A DNA stretch of 64,000 nt from a virus (lineage: Duplodnaviria > Heunggongvirae > Uroviricota > Caudoviricetes). The notes beneath the pieces are model-generated. The model was given only the letters and a program-made list of their open reading frames with translations, made no database searches and was not told where the DNA came from. This document shows positions 50,933 to 61,990 of the stretch, piece after piece (positions within the stretch are counted from its first letter, which is position 1; every line of letters starts with the position of its first letter). Position numbers and translations under genes: made by a program. The stretch is from positions 84,000 to 147,999 of the IMG/VR virus record IMGVR_UViG_3300013902_000001; one strand, 5' to 3'.

Positions 50933-51794
50933 AAAAATAACTCCAGTTTCAATTCGTGATCGATACGATTTAACTGTAAGCTCCACACATAATTTTTTTG
51001 CTAACGGTATACTGATTCATAATACTAGCGCCATTTTTGGTAACATTTTGACACTTCAACCGCGATGGGGTGGGATTTATTCTAAAATCTTCAACTATCT
51101 TCCGAAATTCCTTCAATTTACTAAGAAAGGTTATGATGTAATTTATTCTTCCAGAACAGTTATTAAGAATAAAACTATTAATCCAAAAGTTAATGGTGGT
51201 TATTATGATACTGATGTTTGGGGAGAGTATTATGAGCTTCTAAAAGATGTGATTCCTGCTGGTATTACTATTTATGGGGAAATATTCGGGTATCTATCTG
51301 ATTCAACTCGTATGATTCAAAAAGGTTATGACTATGGGTGTAATCCTGGAGAAAATAAACTAATGATTTATCGAGTTACCAAGACTGAAGAGGATGGGAG
51401 TAAGAAAGAGTATAATATTAACGAAGTAATGACTTTTACTTTGAAAATTAAAGATTCTTTACAAGAAATTGGAAAAGATCCTAATAAACTATTCTTACTA
51501 CCATTACTTTACCATGGAACTTTGAAAGATTTGTATCCAGAAATTGATCCTGCTAATCATTGGCATGAAAACGTATTAGAAGCATTGAAAAATGATACTG
51601 AGCATTTTGGTATGGAGAAGAAAGAACCATTATGTCGTAATAAAGTGCCTAGAGAAGGCATTTGTCTACGTATTGATGATGATCCTATAGCAGAATGTTT
51701 TAAATTGAAGGCCCTAAGCTATCTTCAGAAAGAGGGAGCTGAAATAGATTCCGGAACTTATGAAGATATTGAGACACAAGAACGATATGAGTAA
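50913..51794 (+). CDS. C-terminal split-intein fragment (50913-51023) fused to the RNA ligase C-terminal half
   Basis: MQIIKIKKITPVSIRDRYDLTVSSTHNFFANGILIHN|TSAIF (intein blocks F/G, then the +1 Thr). Downstream ligase-like motifs: YGEIFGY, EGICLRID, KLKA. Confidence 0.55.
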   Translation: MQIIKIKKITPVSIRDRYDLTVSSTHNFFANGILIHNTSAIFGNILTLQPRWGGIYSKIFNYLPKFLQFTKKGYDVIYSSRTVIKNKTINPKVNGGYYDTDVWGEYYELLKDVIPAGITIYGEIFGYLSDSTRMIQKGYDYGCNPGENKLMIYRVTKTEEDGSKKEYNINEVMTFTLKIKDSLQEIGKDPNKLFLLPLLYHGTLKDLYPEIDPANHWHENVLEALKNDTEHFGMEKKEPLCRNKVPREGICLRIDDDPIAECFKLKALSYLQKEGAEIDSGTYEDIETQERYE

Positions 51795-51984
51795 TAATAA
51801 ACAAATTGTAACTTCAGGAGGAACTGGAGTATGTGGTATGACTTTCGTAGCTTTAATGGTATTGAAGTTATGTGGAGTTATTAATTGGAGTTGGTGGTGG
51901 GTTACTGCACCACTGTGGATTCCTTGCGGCTTAGGTATAATAATACTAATTATAGCCGGTATAATTTATCTTTGTGTAAGTTAA
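51760..51984 (+). CDS. Small membrane protein
   Basis: 74 aa with TM segments. Confidence 0.3.
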   Translation: MKILRHKNDMSNNKQIVTSGGTGVCGMTFVALMVLKLCGVINWSWWWVTAPLWIPCGLGIIILIIAGIIYLCVS

Positions 51985-52649
51985 TGAAAATTGGAGCATT
52001 AAGTGATATGCATGGTGATTTCCCTTATGTAGAGAACTGTGATGTTCTCTGCATTTGTGGAGATACTGTCCCGTTAAAACTCCAGTGGGATGACGACAAA
52101 TGTATTCCTTGGATTATTAATGAGTTTTTTGATTGGGTTTACGGATTGCCTTGTTTATATGTAGTTTGGATTGCAGGGAACCACGACGCAACGTTACAGT
52201 CTTGGGGAAAAGAAGCCATTCGAACTGCTATTAGAGAGAGTAATCTAGCTAATAAACTTTTTTATTTAGAAGATGATCTAATTGAACTAGATGGAGTAAA
52301 ATTTTATGGCTGTCCTTGGTGTATTAATCTTGACCCTTCTCGTTGGGCTTTTGTAACTGGTGGTGAAAAATATCTTAAAATTCCAGATTGTGATGTTTTG
52401 TTAACTCATCAGCCACCTTTTGGTGATGTAGGATTTGATCCATGGCAACGAAGAAATTTTGGTAGCACCTATCTTAGAAGTGTAATTGAAGATAGAAATA
52501 TCAAAGTATGCTGCAGTGGCCATACACATCAAGGTATGAGAGGTCCGGAAACTATTGGAAAAACGAAGTGTTACAATGTTTCTGTTAAAGACGATTATTA
52601 TAATTTAAGGTATCCTGTAACTTATATAGACTATGAAATTGTTCAATGA
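51985..52649 (+). CDS. Calcineurin-like metallophosphoesterase
   Basis: MKIGALSDMHGDF...ICGDT...WIAGNHD...GHTH. Confidence 0.6.
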
Positions 52650-53198
52650 AACAGAAATTGCTTCTATGGAGGAATTTGCTGAAAATCACAAAAAATGTTA
52701 TGAAAAGAATAATTCTAATAAGAAACCTCTCGGATTTACTATTACTACTAAATCTACTGGAATTGGGGCTCAAATTAAAATTACTTGTGATTGCTGCGGA
52801 GAAACCTCTGATGTTAGCGATTACAGCACATGGTGATTATGAAAACGTTATTATGGCTCGATGATTGGAGAGATCCTTTTGAAAATCCAGAATGGCTTAA
52901 CTTTTCTCCTATAGGTAAAGATGTGGAAGTTCACTGGGTTAAGTCCTATGATGAATTTTCAGACTGGATTGTTAAAAATGGATTGCCAACTGCTATTTGT
53001 TTCGATCACGATTTAGGCGATATTGATGATAAAACAGAGTTTACTGGATATGACTGTGCTAAATGGTTAGTAAGATACTGTATTAACTATCACAAACCAT
53101 TACCTATTTGGAAAGTAATATCTTCTAATCCAGTTGGCAAAGAAAAAATTGAAAGTTGGCTAAGTAATTTTCAAAAATATCAACGAGAAAATGAATAA
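52633..53198 (+). CDS. Two small hypothetical genes (52633..52836, 52830..53198)
   Basis: ORF track. Confidence 0.3.
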
Positions 53199-54117
53199 AA
53201 TTATTGTTTTGAGTGGTCCCCCTGCTTCAGGGAAAACTGTTTTTGCTAGAGACTATATTCAAACTCATAAAGATTGTGTAATCGTTAATAGAGACGATTT
53301 CCGATCTTCCAGAGGAGATTATTTGGTTCCTTCTCAGGAAGACTATATCTCGGATATAGAAGAAGCTGCTGTTCGTTCTGCACTTAAAAGAGGACTTACA
53401 CCTATAATAGATGCTACTAATCTAAATCCTAGGACAATTTCTAAATGGAATACCATTGCTGACGAGTTCGGAGTGGAAGTAGAAACAAAATCGTTTTATA
53501 TACCATTTAAAGACGCTGTAGAGCGAGATCGTCTTAGAGGTGAGGCAGGTGGTAGATCTGTCGGAGAAAAGGTCTTAAAAGACTTTTATTTGCGTTATTT
53601 CGAAGAAGAGTTTCGGAAAGAGGTTTATACCGACCATACTTTTATTAGAAATGACGATAATCTCGATTTGCCTCCTTGTATAGTAGTTGATTTAGATGGA
53701 ACGGTAGCATTACATCAAGGTAGAAGTCCTTTTGAATGGGATAAAATAGACACCGATAAATGTGATCCTCGAATGAAGCAAATAATAGAAAGATATATAC
53801 TCGATGGAGTAAATGTTATCTTTCTTACTGGTAGAAACAAAACTGCTGTAGCTTACGCTAAAACGTTTGATTGGTTAGCAAAATATTTCCCATATTATAA
53901 AACTGATATGAATACACTCAAGAAGTTTTATAAATGGAATCTAATCATGCGAGCTGAAAAGGATTATCGACCAGCACCTATTAGTAAAAAAGAACTTTTT
54001 GAACAATATGTGGATGGTAAATATAATGTTTTAGCAGTTTTTGAAGACTCTAACAGATGTGTGGAAATGTGGAGAAGTTTAGGATTATTAACTTTACAAC
54101 CTGCAGATAATAAATGA
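53191..54117 (+). CDS. pnk: Polynucleotide kinase-phosphatase (T4 PseT-like)
   Basis: N-terminal P-loop kinase VLSGPPASGKTVFA; C-terminal HAD phosphatase IVVDLDGT. Confidence 0.7.
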   Translation: MNKIIVLSGPPASGKTVFARDYIQTHKDCVIVNRDDFRSSRGDYLVPSQEDYISDIEEAAVRSALKRGLTPIIDATNLNPRTISKWNTIADEFGVEVETKSFYIPFKDAVERDRLRGEAGGRSVGEKVLKDFYLRYFEEEFRKEVYTDHTFIRNDDNLDLPPCIVVDLDGTVALHQGRSPFEWDKIDTDKCDPRMKQIIERYILDGVNVIFLTGRNKTAVAYAKTFDWLAKYFPYYKTDMNTLKKFYKWNLIMRAEKDYRPAPISKKELFEQYVDGKYNVLAVFEDSNRCVEMWRSLGLLTLQPADNK

Positions 54118-54728
54118 GTAAACGCCATTATGATTATTCTTTTTCGAAGGGGAAGGGGATTTGGTTTAGTAGCGATAGTCACTATTATCATCGTAACGTA
54201 ATGGATTTCTGTCATAGGCCCTTTTCTTCAGTAGAAGAAATGAATCAAAAACTGATAGAAAACTGGAACTCGGTTGTTGGAAAAGATGATGTAGTTTTCC
54301 ATTTAGGAGATTTTTGTTTCGGAGATACGGAAAAGTGGAAATCTATATTAGAACAATTAAACGGAAAGATTTATTTAACCAAAGGTAATCATGACGATGA
54401 TATGCCTGCAGGAGTAAAAGAATATTTTCAAGATGTTCAATATCAATATCAAATTAAAGTTGAAAATCAAAGAATTATTCTTAATCACTATCCATTGTTA
54501 TGCTATGCTGGTTCTTATAAAGAGACAAATCCTGTTTATAATTTTTTTGGACACTGCCATAGTGGTCCACTTTCTATCGGGAGGGATATTTCTAGACTTT
54601 CGGTATGTTTTCCAGAGCAATATGATGTAGGAGTTGATAATAATAATTACTTTCCAATATCTTTCTATCAAGTGCAAGAGAAAATAAAACAGCGTCAGGA
54701 AGATGCCAAAAACAAAGAAAAAATTTGA
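54114..54728 (+). CDS. Metallophosphoesterase
   Basis: FSSDSHYYHRNV...HLGDF...GNHDDD...GHCH. Confidence 0.55.
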   Translation: MSKRHYDYSFSKGKGIWFSSDSHYYHRNVMDFCHRPFSSVEEMNQKLIENWNSVVGKDDVVFHLGDFCFGDTEKWKSILEQLNGKIYLTKGNHDDDMPAGVKEYFQDVQYQYQIKVENQRIILNHYPLLCYAGSYKETNPVYNFFGHCHSGPLSIGRDISRLSVCFPEQYDVGVDNNNYFPISFYQVQEKIKQRQEDAKNKEKI

Positions 54729-54868
54729 TTGGGAAGTTTATGATAATCAAGGGGAATTTTTAGATATTCTTTCTATGACTCGGCATGAGTCAAAAGAATA
54801 TCTGAAGAAATTTCCAAATTATAAACTTCAAGAGATAGGTTATAGTGACGGAGTAAATAATAGTAAAT

Positions 54869-56327
54869 TTGATGATTGAAAAAACCTATCATGGTAAAGT
54901 TGTTGGAAAAAAGAGTGGAATTTATACAGTTTATGTTTTTCAATTAGATGATAATTCTTATGAAATGTGTACATTACTTCCAAATTGGGGAGTTGATTAT
55001 CAATTAAATATAGGAGATTCTGGATTTGTAACTTCTAGAGAAGTTCATGCTGGAGAACCTTATTTTGATAGAATTACTGGAGAGCAAAAATCGTATCAAT
55101 TTGACAAAATTTATTTACAAGAATTTATAAAGGATAAAGTCACAAACAAGATTATTTTATGAGTAAGATTGATACTTACGTATGGAAAGACAAACGTCTT
55201 ACTAAAGATCGACAAGAAAAGCAAGTAGAATACAAACTCGTCGATATGGATGAATATACGCTTAATAAAGCGTATGAACATTGCAAGGAAATGCTGTATA
55301 ATGATGACAAGAAATTTCCTGGTCGCGAGTTAATTCTAAAAATGATTTCTGAACAACTAGATTGTTGTGGAGCAGAATTAGCACTTAGATACTTCAAGAA
55401 TTTGAAAAACGAAGATGGAACTTTTAAGTATTCAGAACAAAGTTTACTTTCTGATTTGAGAGAGTGGTTTCCAGACTATAATGAGAGGACTTATAAATTA
55501 CAAGATCTTCCCGTTCAAGTCGATAAAATCGATAGTAAATTTTATAGTGTAAATGTAAATTCTCTTATGAAAGCGTGTCGAGATGCTCTAGGAGCTTTTG
55601 ATCACTCTAAGATTACTCTTACGTTTTTGTATAATAATGGAGTTTATTTTACGCAGGAAGAATCTATGGAGTTGGATCGATATACTCTTAGAAATTCCTT
55701 AGCAGAAAAATTGGATATTCTTAAGTTGCAATTAGGTCTTCCTGAATCTACCGATGTTCATGTAAATCCTAAAGGATTGACTGAAAAGGAATTTCGTGAT
55801 ATGATTCACATGAAGAAGCTTAAAGGTTTTCGTTCCTGTAAATATTCAGATCTAACTACTTCACAATTAGAAACGCTTCGTAATAAAGTTTTATATGCTC
55901 TGGAAGAAAAAGTTGCTTATCAAGCAATGATGTGGAAAGAACTTATGAGGCAAATCGAAGAAGTTGCTAAGTTTAAAAATTATACACTTAAATGATAGAA
56001 CAAGAAATTAATCCCGAATTGCTAGAAGGAGTAAAATGGGAATCTGATCAAGAATTTCTTCAAATTCTTCGAGAAATGGGAGAAACTTATTTGTCTAAAA
56101 ATGCTGATTATGGCAATAGTTTCGACAAAACTCTCGATCAATTTGGATTAGTAGCAGCAGCTGTTCGATTAAACGATAAAGTTAATCGAGTAAATAATCT
56201 GATTACTAATAAAGAATTTTCTGTAAAAGATGAATCTATCGAAGATACTCTGTTGGATATGGCTAATTATGCCGTAATGACATTAGCTTATATCAGAAAA
56301 CATAGGACTTCTGATGAATCAATTTGA
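54869..56327 (+). CDS. Three hypothetical genes (54869..55162, 55159..55995, 55992..56327)
   Basis: ORF track. Confidence 0.3.
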
Positions 56328-58242
56328 GGTTTATGATATAGAAACTCTTTCAAATCTTTTTACTTATACTGGATATAATTGCAATACCAAAACATGGAGT
56401 CAATTCGTTATATCTAATTGGAGAAATGATTTGCAAGATTTAATTCTACATCTAAAAAAACCTAACATAATTCAAGTTGGATTCAATAATGAAAATTTTG
56501 ATTATCCTGTAATACATCACATTTTAAATCATCCAGAATATACATATAAATCTGGACAAGAGGTTGCTCAAGCAATCTATGAAAAATCTCAAGAAGTTAT
56601 TAATAACGAATTTAATACTATTGCCGATAAAAATAAGTTTATTCCTCAAATAGATTTGTTTAAGATTTGGCATTATGACAATAAAGCTCGATTAACTTCA
56701 TTAAAAGATTTAGAGATTTGTATGAGAATGGAGTGTGTTGAAGAAATGCCTATTCATCATACTACGTGGTGCAAAAAAGGGGATGAAGATTGTGTTCTAG
56801 AATATAATAAAAACGATGTTCAAGCTACTTATCAATTTTTCTTAACTACCTTAGGAAGAACTGATTATTCTATTTATAAGGGAAAAGATAAAATGCAATT
56901 AAGAACCGATTTGCAAAAAAAATTTGGAATTAATTGTCTTAATCTTCCCGATGTTAGAATGGGAGAACAATTAATGTTAAATTTGTATTCTCGAGCAGTT
57001 AATAAGAATCCATTTGATGTAAAAAAACTAAGAACAATTCGATCTGAAATTAAGTTAATTGATTGTATTCCGTTTTGGTGTGATATTAAATCAAATTCTT
57101 TTAATAAGTTTTTAGATTTGATTAAATCCACTACTATTCCAGTCCCAATTCCAAAAGATTCATTTTCTTTTTCGGTAATAGATCATGAATATAAATGGGA
57201 TTTTGGATTAGGAGGTAGTCACGGATGTATTCGTCCTGGAGTATATAATTCTGATGACAATCATGTAATTCTAGATTTGGATGTATCTTCTCTATATCCA
57301 AGTATTGCTAGATCTTTACAAATATATCCTCATCATTTAGGCCCTGAGTTTATGCAATTGTATGAACAATTTATTGATAAACGAATTCAAGAAAAGCATA
57401 AACCGAAGGCAGAACGAGACAATGTTCTAATTGAAGGATATAAACTTATCTTAAACGGAACTTATGGTAAATCAAATGAAGAAACTTCATTTATGTATGA
57501 TCCATTATATACTCTTAAAACAACGATTGCTGGTCAAATTTTTATTTGTATGTGGTCTGAAAGGATGATTCAAGCTTGTCCTGATGTAAAGTTTTTACAA
57601 ACTAATACAGATGGACAAACAATATTAATTCCTAGAGATAAGTTAGAAGCAATTAGGGAAGTCAACAATCAATTAACAAAAGAAACTACTCTTGTAATAG
57701 AAGAAGCAATTTACAAATCAATGATTATTAGAGATGTGAATAATTATATGGCAATTTATGACGATTCTACTGATGAATCTGAACATTTAAAACTCAAAGG
57801 AGATTTTGAAATTGATAAAGAATATCATAAAGATCCATCTATGAGAATTGTTCCTATTGCTGTAAAAGATTATTTTGTTCATAATATTCCGATAGAAGAA
57901 ACTATTAAAAATCATACAGATATTTATGATTTTTGTATGAGATTAAAGCTTAATTCTTCTACTAAAGGGATATTCAAACACATGTCTAATGGCGAAATTA
58001 TTGATGATAAATTATCTAGAACTACTAGATATTATATTGCAAGAGGCTCTCAGTCAGGATCATTGTATAAAATATTTGAAGGAGACAAAATGCAGGCAGT
58101 AAATAAAGGTTTTCAAGCAATTATTTTTAATAAATATGTTAAGAAACCTATTAGCGACTATAATATAAACTATTCTTTTTATATTCAAGAAGCTTATAAA
58201 TTGAAAAATGCAGTTGACTCCGGACAATTAAGTTTATTCTAA
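56314..58242 (+). CDS. Family B DNA polymerase
   Basis: Exo I YDIET. Motif A DLDVSSLYPSIA. Motif B KLILNGTYGK. Motif C QTNTDGQ. Confidence 0.65.
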   Translation: MNQFEVYDIETLSNLFTYTGYNCNTKTWSQFVISNWRNDLQDLILHLKKPNIIQVGFNNENFDYPVIHHILNHPEYTYKSGQEVAQAIYEKSQEVINNEFNTIADKNKFIPQIDLFKIWHYDNKARLTSLKDLEICMRMECVEEMPIHHTTWCKKGDEDCVLEYNKNDVQATYQFFLTTLGRTDYSIYKGKDKMQLRTDLQKKFGINCLNLPDVRMGEQLMLNLYSRAVNKNPFDVKKLRTIRSEIKLIDCIPFWCDIKSNSFNKFLDLIKSTTIPVPIPKDSFSFSVIDHEYKWDFGLGGSHGCIRPGVYNSDDNHVILDLDVSSLYPSIARSLQIYPHHLGPEFMQLYEQFIDKRIQEKHKPKAERDNVLIEGYKLILNGTYGKSNEETSFMYDPLYTLKTTIAGQIFICMWSERMIQACPDVKFLQTNTDGQTILIPRDKLEAIREVNNQLTKETTLVIEEAIYKSMIIRDVNNYMAIYDDSTDESEHLKLKGDFEIDKEYHKDPSMRIVPIAVKDYFVHNIPIEETIKNHTDIYDFCMRLKLNSSTKGIFKHMSNGEIIDDKLSRTTRYYIARGSQSGSLYKIFEGDKMQAVNKGFQAIIFNKYVKKPISDYNINYSFYIQEAYKLKNAVDSGQLSLF

Positions 58243-59696
58243 TGCAAACAGTATCATCCGCTGTTAAAAAAATTATGTTATCTGAGCCTTTTTATGGGCT
58301 CTTTTTATGTGGTATAAATAAGAGGTTTACTGAAAAGATTCCTACAGCTGCTGTTGGATTGGAAGGTATTAATTATTGCTTAATGATTAATAAAGACTTC
58401 TGGTATGGATTAAAGGATGACTATAGGTATGCTATTCTTAAGCACGAATTACTACATTTATGTTTCTTCCATCTTTCTGATTTATATAATAAAGCTTCTG
58501 ATAATCACATGATATTAAATATCGCTATGGATTTGGAAGTGGAATCTTATATAGATGAGAAATATTGGGTTAAAAACGAGAAAGGGGAATTTACTGGTGC
58601 TGCTGATCGATTCTTCGAACTATTTCCATCATTACCGAAGCAAGCTGGAACTAAGTATTATTTAGAGTATCTAAAGCACTTAGAGAAAAAAGCTTTTGAA
58701 GAAGTGGATAAAGGAAATCCACAAACTCCACAATCTAGTAACGGACAACAAGATCAAGGATCGTCCTCTCAACAAGGCAATCCACAGTCTGGTAGTGGAA
58801 GTTCCAATGGCTCGAAATCTTCTCAACAGTCCGGAAAGAGTTCTTCAGGCTCAAAATCTTCTTCTGGAAGATCCAATAGAAGTCGAGGAGAAAATCCTGA
58901 GTATTCTCAAGGAGATCAACCTAATCCTTCTAAAATAGACAAGGAATGGAATGATCTTAGTGATTCCGAAAAGCAACAAGTTCGGGATCAATTTATCTAT
59001 GCTAGAACTCTACATTCTACATGGGATGATCTTAAGAATCTTCCTGAAGAGGAACAAAAGCTTATAAAAGAACAGTTAAAATATCAGTTAAAGCAAGTGG
59101 CTCAATCTATTAAAGATAAAGGAAATATTCCTGGAGAATTATCAGTTTTAATAGATGAATTACTAAATCCCAGACCACCTGTATTTAACTGGAAAGCTTA
59201 TTTTCGCAGATTATTAGGAACAAGTTTCGATATTAATCTTAAGAAAACCAGAAGGAAAGAATCGTTAAGATTTGAAGATGCTTTTGGTTTGAAGAAGAAA
59301 AAGAAACACAAGATCCTGGTAGCAATCGATACTTCAGGATCAGTTTCTAATGCTGATTATGTGGATTTTTTCAATGAAATTAATCATATTTACAAAGCTG
59401 GAGCAGATATTCATGTTCTTGAATGTGATACGCAAATAGCAGCAGAATACGATTTTAAAGGAAAAATCCCATCCCAACGCTGTGGAAATGGAGGAACTAG
59501 CTTCCAAGCTCCTGTGCAGTATTTTAATGACCATAGAAACGATTATAGTGTCTGTGTGTATTTAACCGACGGATATGGTGATCAAGAATTATGTCACCCT
59601 CTCGGTAAAATGATTTGGATTATCACAAGTGACGGTAATCAAGGATCAAATTATCCTGGAATAAAAGTTTGTATTCCAGAAACAATTAAAAAATAA
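58242..59696 (+). CDS. VWA-domain protein with an N-terminal HExxH putative metallopeptidase domain (DUF2201-like); partner of a MoxR ATPase
   Basis: ILKHELLHLCFFH (HExxH). An S/G/Q-rich linker. MIDAS ILVAIDTSGSVS. Confidence 0.55.
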   Translation: MQTVSSAVKKIMLSEPFYGLFLCGINKRFTEKIPTAAVGLEGINYCLMINKDFWYGLKDDYRYAILKHELLHLCFFHLSDLYNKASDNHMILNIAMDLEVESYIDEKYWVKNEKGEFTGAADRFFELFPSLPKQAGTKYYLEYLKHLEKKAFEEVDKGNPQTPQSSNGQQDQGSSSQQGNPQSGSGSSNGSKSSQQSGKSSSGSKSSSGRSNRSRGENPEYSQGDQPNPSKIDKEWNDLSDSEKQQVRDQFIYARTLHSTWDDLKNLPEEEQKLIKEQLKYQLKQVAQSIKDKGNIPGELSVLIDELLNPRPPVFNWKAYFRRLLGTSFDINLKKTRRKESLRFEDAFGLKKKKKHKILVAIDTSGSVSNADYVDFFNEINHIYKAGADIHVLECDTQIAAEYDFKGKIPSQRCGNGGTSFQAPVQYFNDHRNDYSVCVYLTDGYGDQELCHPLGKMIWIITSDGNQGSNYPGIKVCIPETIKK

Positions 59697-59711
59697 TTAA
59701 ATTTTACAAAG

Positions 59712-60920
59712 ATGAATATAGAAGAAGTTAGTAAAACTATTAACTATTTGTTAGATAACAATCTCAGATTAATTGAGAAAGGTCAAGATAAGATTGCAAT
59801 AAATATTGTCGGACCCTGCGGATGCGGAAAAAGCTCGATTATTAAGCAAATAGCTGAGCAACGTGGAGCTGGATATACTCGATTGAATCTTAGTGAACTC
59901 GAGGAGATAGGAGATTTATGTGGTGTTCCTGTCAAAGAATACATTATGCATAAAAACGGTGAAGAAAAGTGGATAAGCGAGAAACTTATTGATCGCTATA
60001 TCAACATGGGCTGGGAGCTCTGTGAGCACTGCGAACCTCGAATGAGCTATGCAATACCGAGCTGGGTGCCCAATGATCCTGATCAAGAGTACATTTTGAA
60101 CATCGACGATTATTCAAGAGGATCAAGTCTTTTTATGCAAGCTATCATGTCTTTAATTCAATTTGGAGAATACGTTTCTTGGAAACTTCCAAAAAAGTGT
60201 CATGTTCTTCTTTCTAGCAATCCGGACGACGGATCCTATAGCGTAACCTCTCTGGATCCAGCTCAGAAGTCTCGTTTAATCAATTTCGACGTTGAATTCG
60301 ACGCTAAGGTTTTTGGTAAATGGTGTGATAAGGTTGGAATGCGAGATGAACTCATTAACTTCATGCTTCTTAATCCAGAAATTTTTGACAAAAGTGCTGT
60401 GATTAATGCCAGAACTTATACAATGTTTGCAAATGCAATCTCTGGGATCGATAATTATGATACCCCAGAAAACCTTTCTTTAATTTCTCTTATCGCAAAA
60501 GGTTGTTTTGGAGACGATAATGAAGTAGTTAGTAATTTGTTTATTACCTTCATTCATAATCATCTTGATAAACTCATTACTCCTGAAGAAATTCTTAAGG
60601 GAGAATGGGATAAGGTCCACAAACAGTTAAAAGAGAATGTCTATACTGGAACTCAATATCGTTCTGATATAGCTTCCACTTTAACGTTACGCTTTATTAA
60701 TTATATGGAAACATTTTTTAATAAAGAGAAAGATGGAGATGATGATAAAAAGAAATCTGAGAAAGCTATTAATCGTCTAACAGAACTGATTACTTGTGAC
60801 GAACGATTGCTTTCTGAGGATTTGATATTTAAGCTTGTTAAAACGCTTATGTATCGTTATCCACAACGTCTTTCTAAACTGATTGCAAATCCAAAAATTA
60901 AAGCAAAAATATTGTCTTGA
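59712..60920 (+). CDS. MoxR-like AAA_5 ATPase
   Basis: Walker A NIVGPCGCGKSS; Walker B-like HVLLSSNPDDG. Confidence 0.55.
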   Translation: MNIEEVSKTINYLLDNNLRLIEKGQDKIAINIVGPCGCGKSSIIKQIAEQRGAGYTRLNLSELEEIGDLCGVPVKEYIMHKNGEEKWISEKLIDRYINMGWELCEHCEPRMSYAIPSWVPNDPDQEYILNIDDYSRGSSLFMQAIMSLIQFGEYVSWKLPKKCHVLLSSNPDDGSYSVTSLDPAQKSRLINFDVEFDAKVFGKWCDKVGMRDELINFMLLNPEIFDKSAVINARTYTMFANAISGIDNYDTPENLSLISLIAKGCFGDDNEVVSNLFITFIHNHLDKLITPEEILKGEWDKVHKQLKENVYTGTQYRSDIASTLTLRFINYMETFFNKEKDGDDDKKKSEKAINRLTELITCDERLLSEDLIFKLVKTLMYRYPQRLSKLIANPKIKAKILS

Positions 60921-61990
60921 TAGAAATTTTTAAAATTATTAAAGGTAATACCTGTAATGCAGCCTATGATATTAATAGGATTATAAAAGGTAATACCTAT
61001 CAACAGTCCGATTACTCAGGAGTGTATCTTTATACAGATACACTACCTGAGTTAAAAGGCCTTTCTAAACAAAAACCAGTAATTACAAAACAAATTCAAT
61101 CAAAAGATAAAGTTTATTTTGCTAGTGGATGTGGCTATCCATCACTTCTATTTAGTAAATATAAATCTGACAGTAATATTAAGCTAGACTTAACTAGAAC
61201 TACTTCTCCTGATAGAGCTGATGTTATTGTTATAAGTCCAGAGTGGATGGATGATTATAATCCTTGGAATTGCCATTTGTCTACCCTCTATAATGATAAT
61301 AACGTTAGATGGCAATCTAACACTTTTGATGGTTTTAATGAATCTGCAGCTGCTATTAATAGGCAAAAGTTAACTACTTTCTTAGGTCGCGAGGCTTATT
61401 TTATGATGAAAATATCTAATATTCAGGCAGAAACTTTTGAATTAGTCCGAAAATATCCTAATAAAATAGTATATACTATGGATCTGATTGAATATGTCTT
61501 TCCATTTCTGCCTGTAATGACAGATAGTGAGTTGGATATTATTATTTCCATGCTAAAAACTTCTGATGAACAGGCTAGAGCTACGGGAATTCAAATGTTT
61601 CAATATTCTAATTTTTCTGATAAAATTTATACGATTGTTAGAAGACTAAAAACAGAAGTTCCTTATGTTTATTTTCCATCAGAATCAGCAGCTTCAGCAG
61701 CTTGGAAATATCTTTATTCTTGTCTAGGAATTCCAGTGGAAAAATTTACCAGTGGACAATCTTATGCTAGTAATATAACATTTTATGCTACTAAAGTTAT
61801 GGGAAATCCTTTAAATACTCAAAATCTAGATGATTTAAAAGCCGATATTTTATCTCAATTAGTTGAAAAATTGAAATCAGATACTCAATTTTCCACTTTT
61901 AGGGAAGATTTAGCATTAGTGGGGTATCGGTTAACAGTAGAGCCTATACCTGAAGATGACTCGGACGGAGAGACAGAATCTAGGGATTGA
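60917..61990 (+). CDS. Hypothetical protein
   Basis: ORF track, 357 aa. Confidence 0.3.
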   Translation: MIEIFKIIKGNTCNAAYDINRIIKGNTYQQSDYSGVYLYTDTLPELKGLSKQKPVITKQIQSKDKVYFASGCGYPSLLFSKYKSDSNIKLDLTRTTSPDRADVIVISPEWMDDYNPWNCHLSTLYNDNNVRWQSNTFDGFNESAAAINRQKLTTFLGREAYFMMKISNIQAETFELVRKYPNKIVYTMDLIEYVFPFLPVMTDSELDIIISMLKTSDEQARATGIQMFQYSNFSDKIYTIVRRLKTEVPYVYFPSESAASAAWKYLYSCLGIPVEKFTSGQSYASNITFYATKVMGNPLNTQNLDDLKADILSQLVEKLKSDTQFSTFREDLALVGYRLTVEPIPEDDSDGETESRD

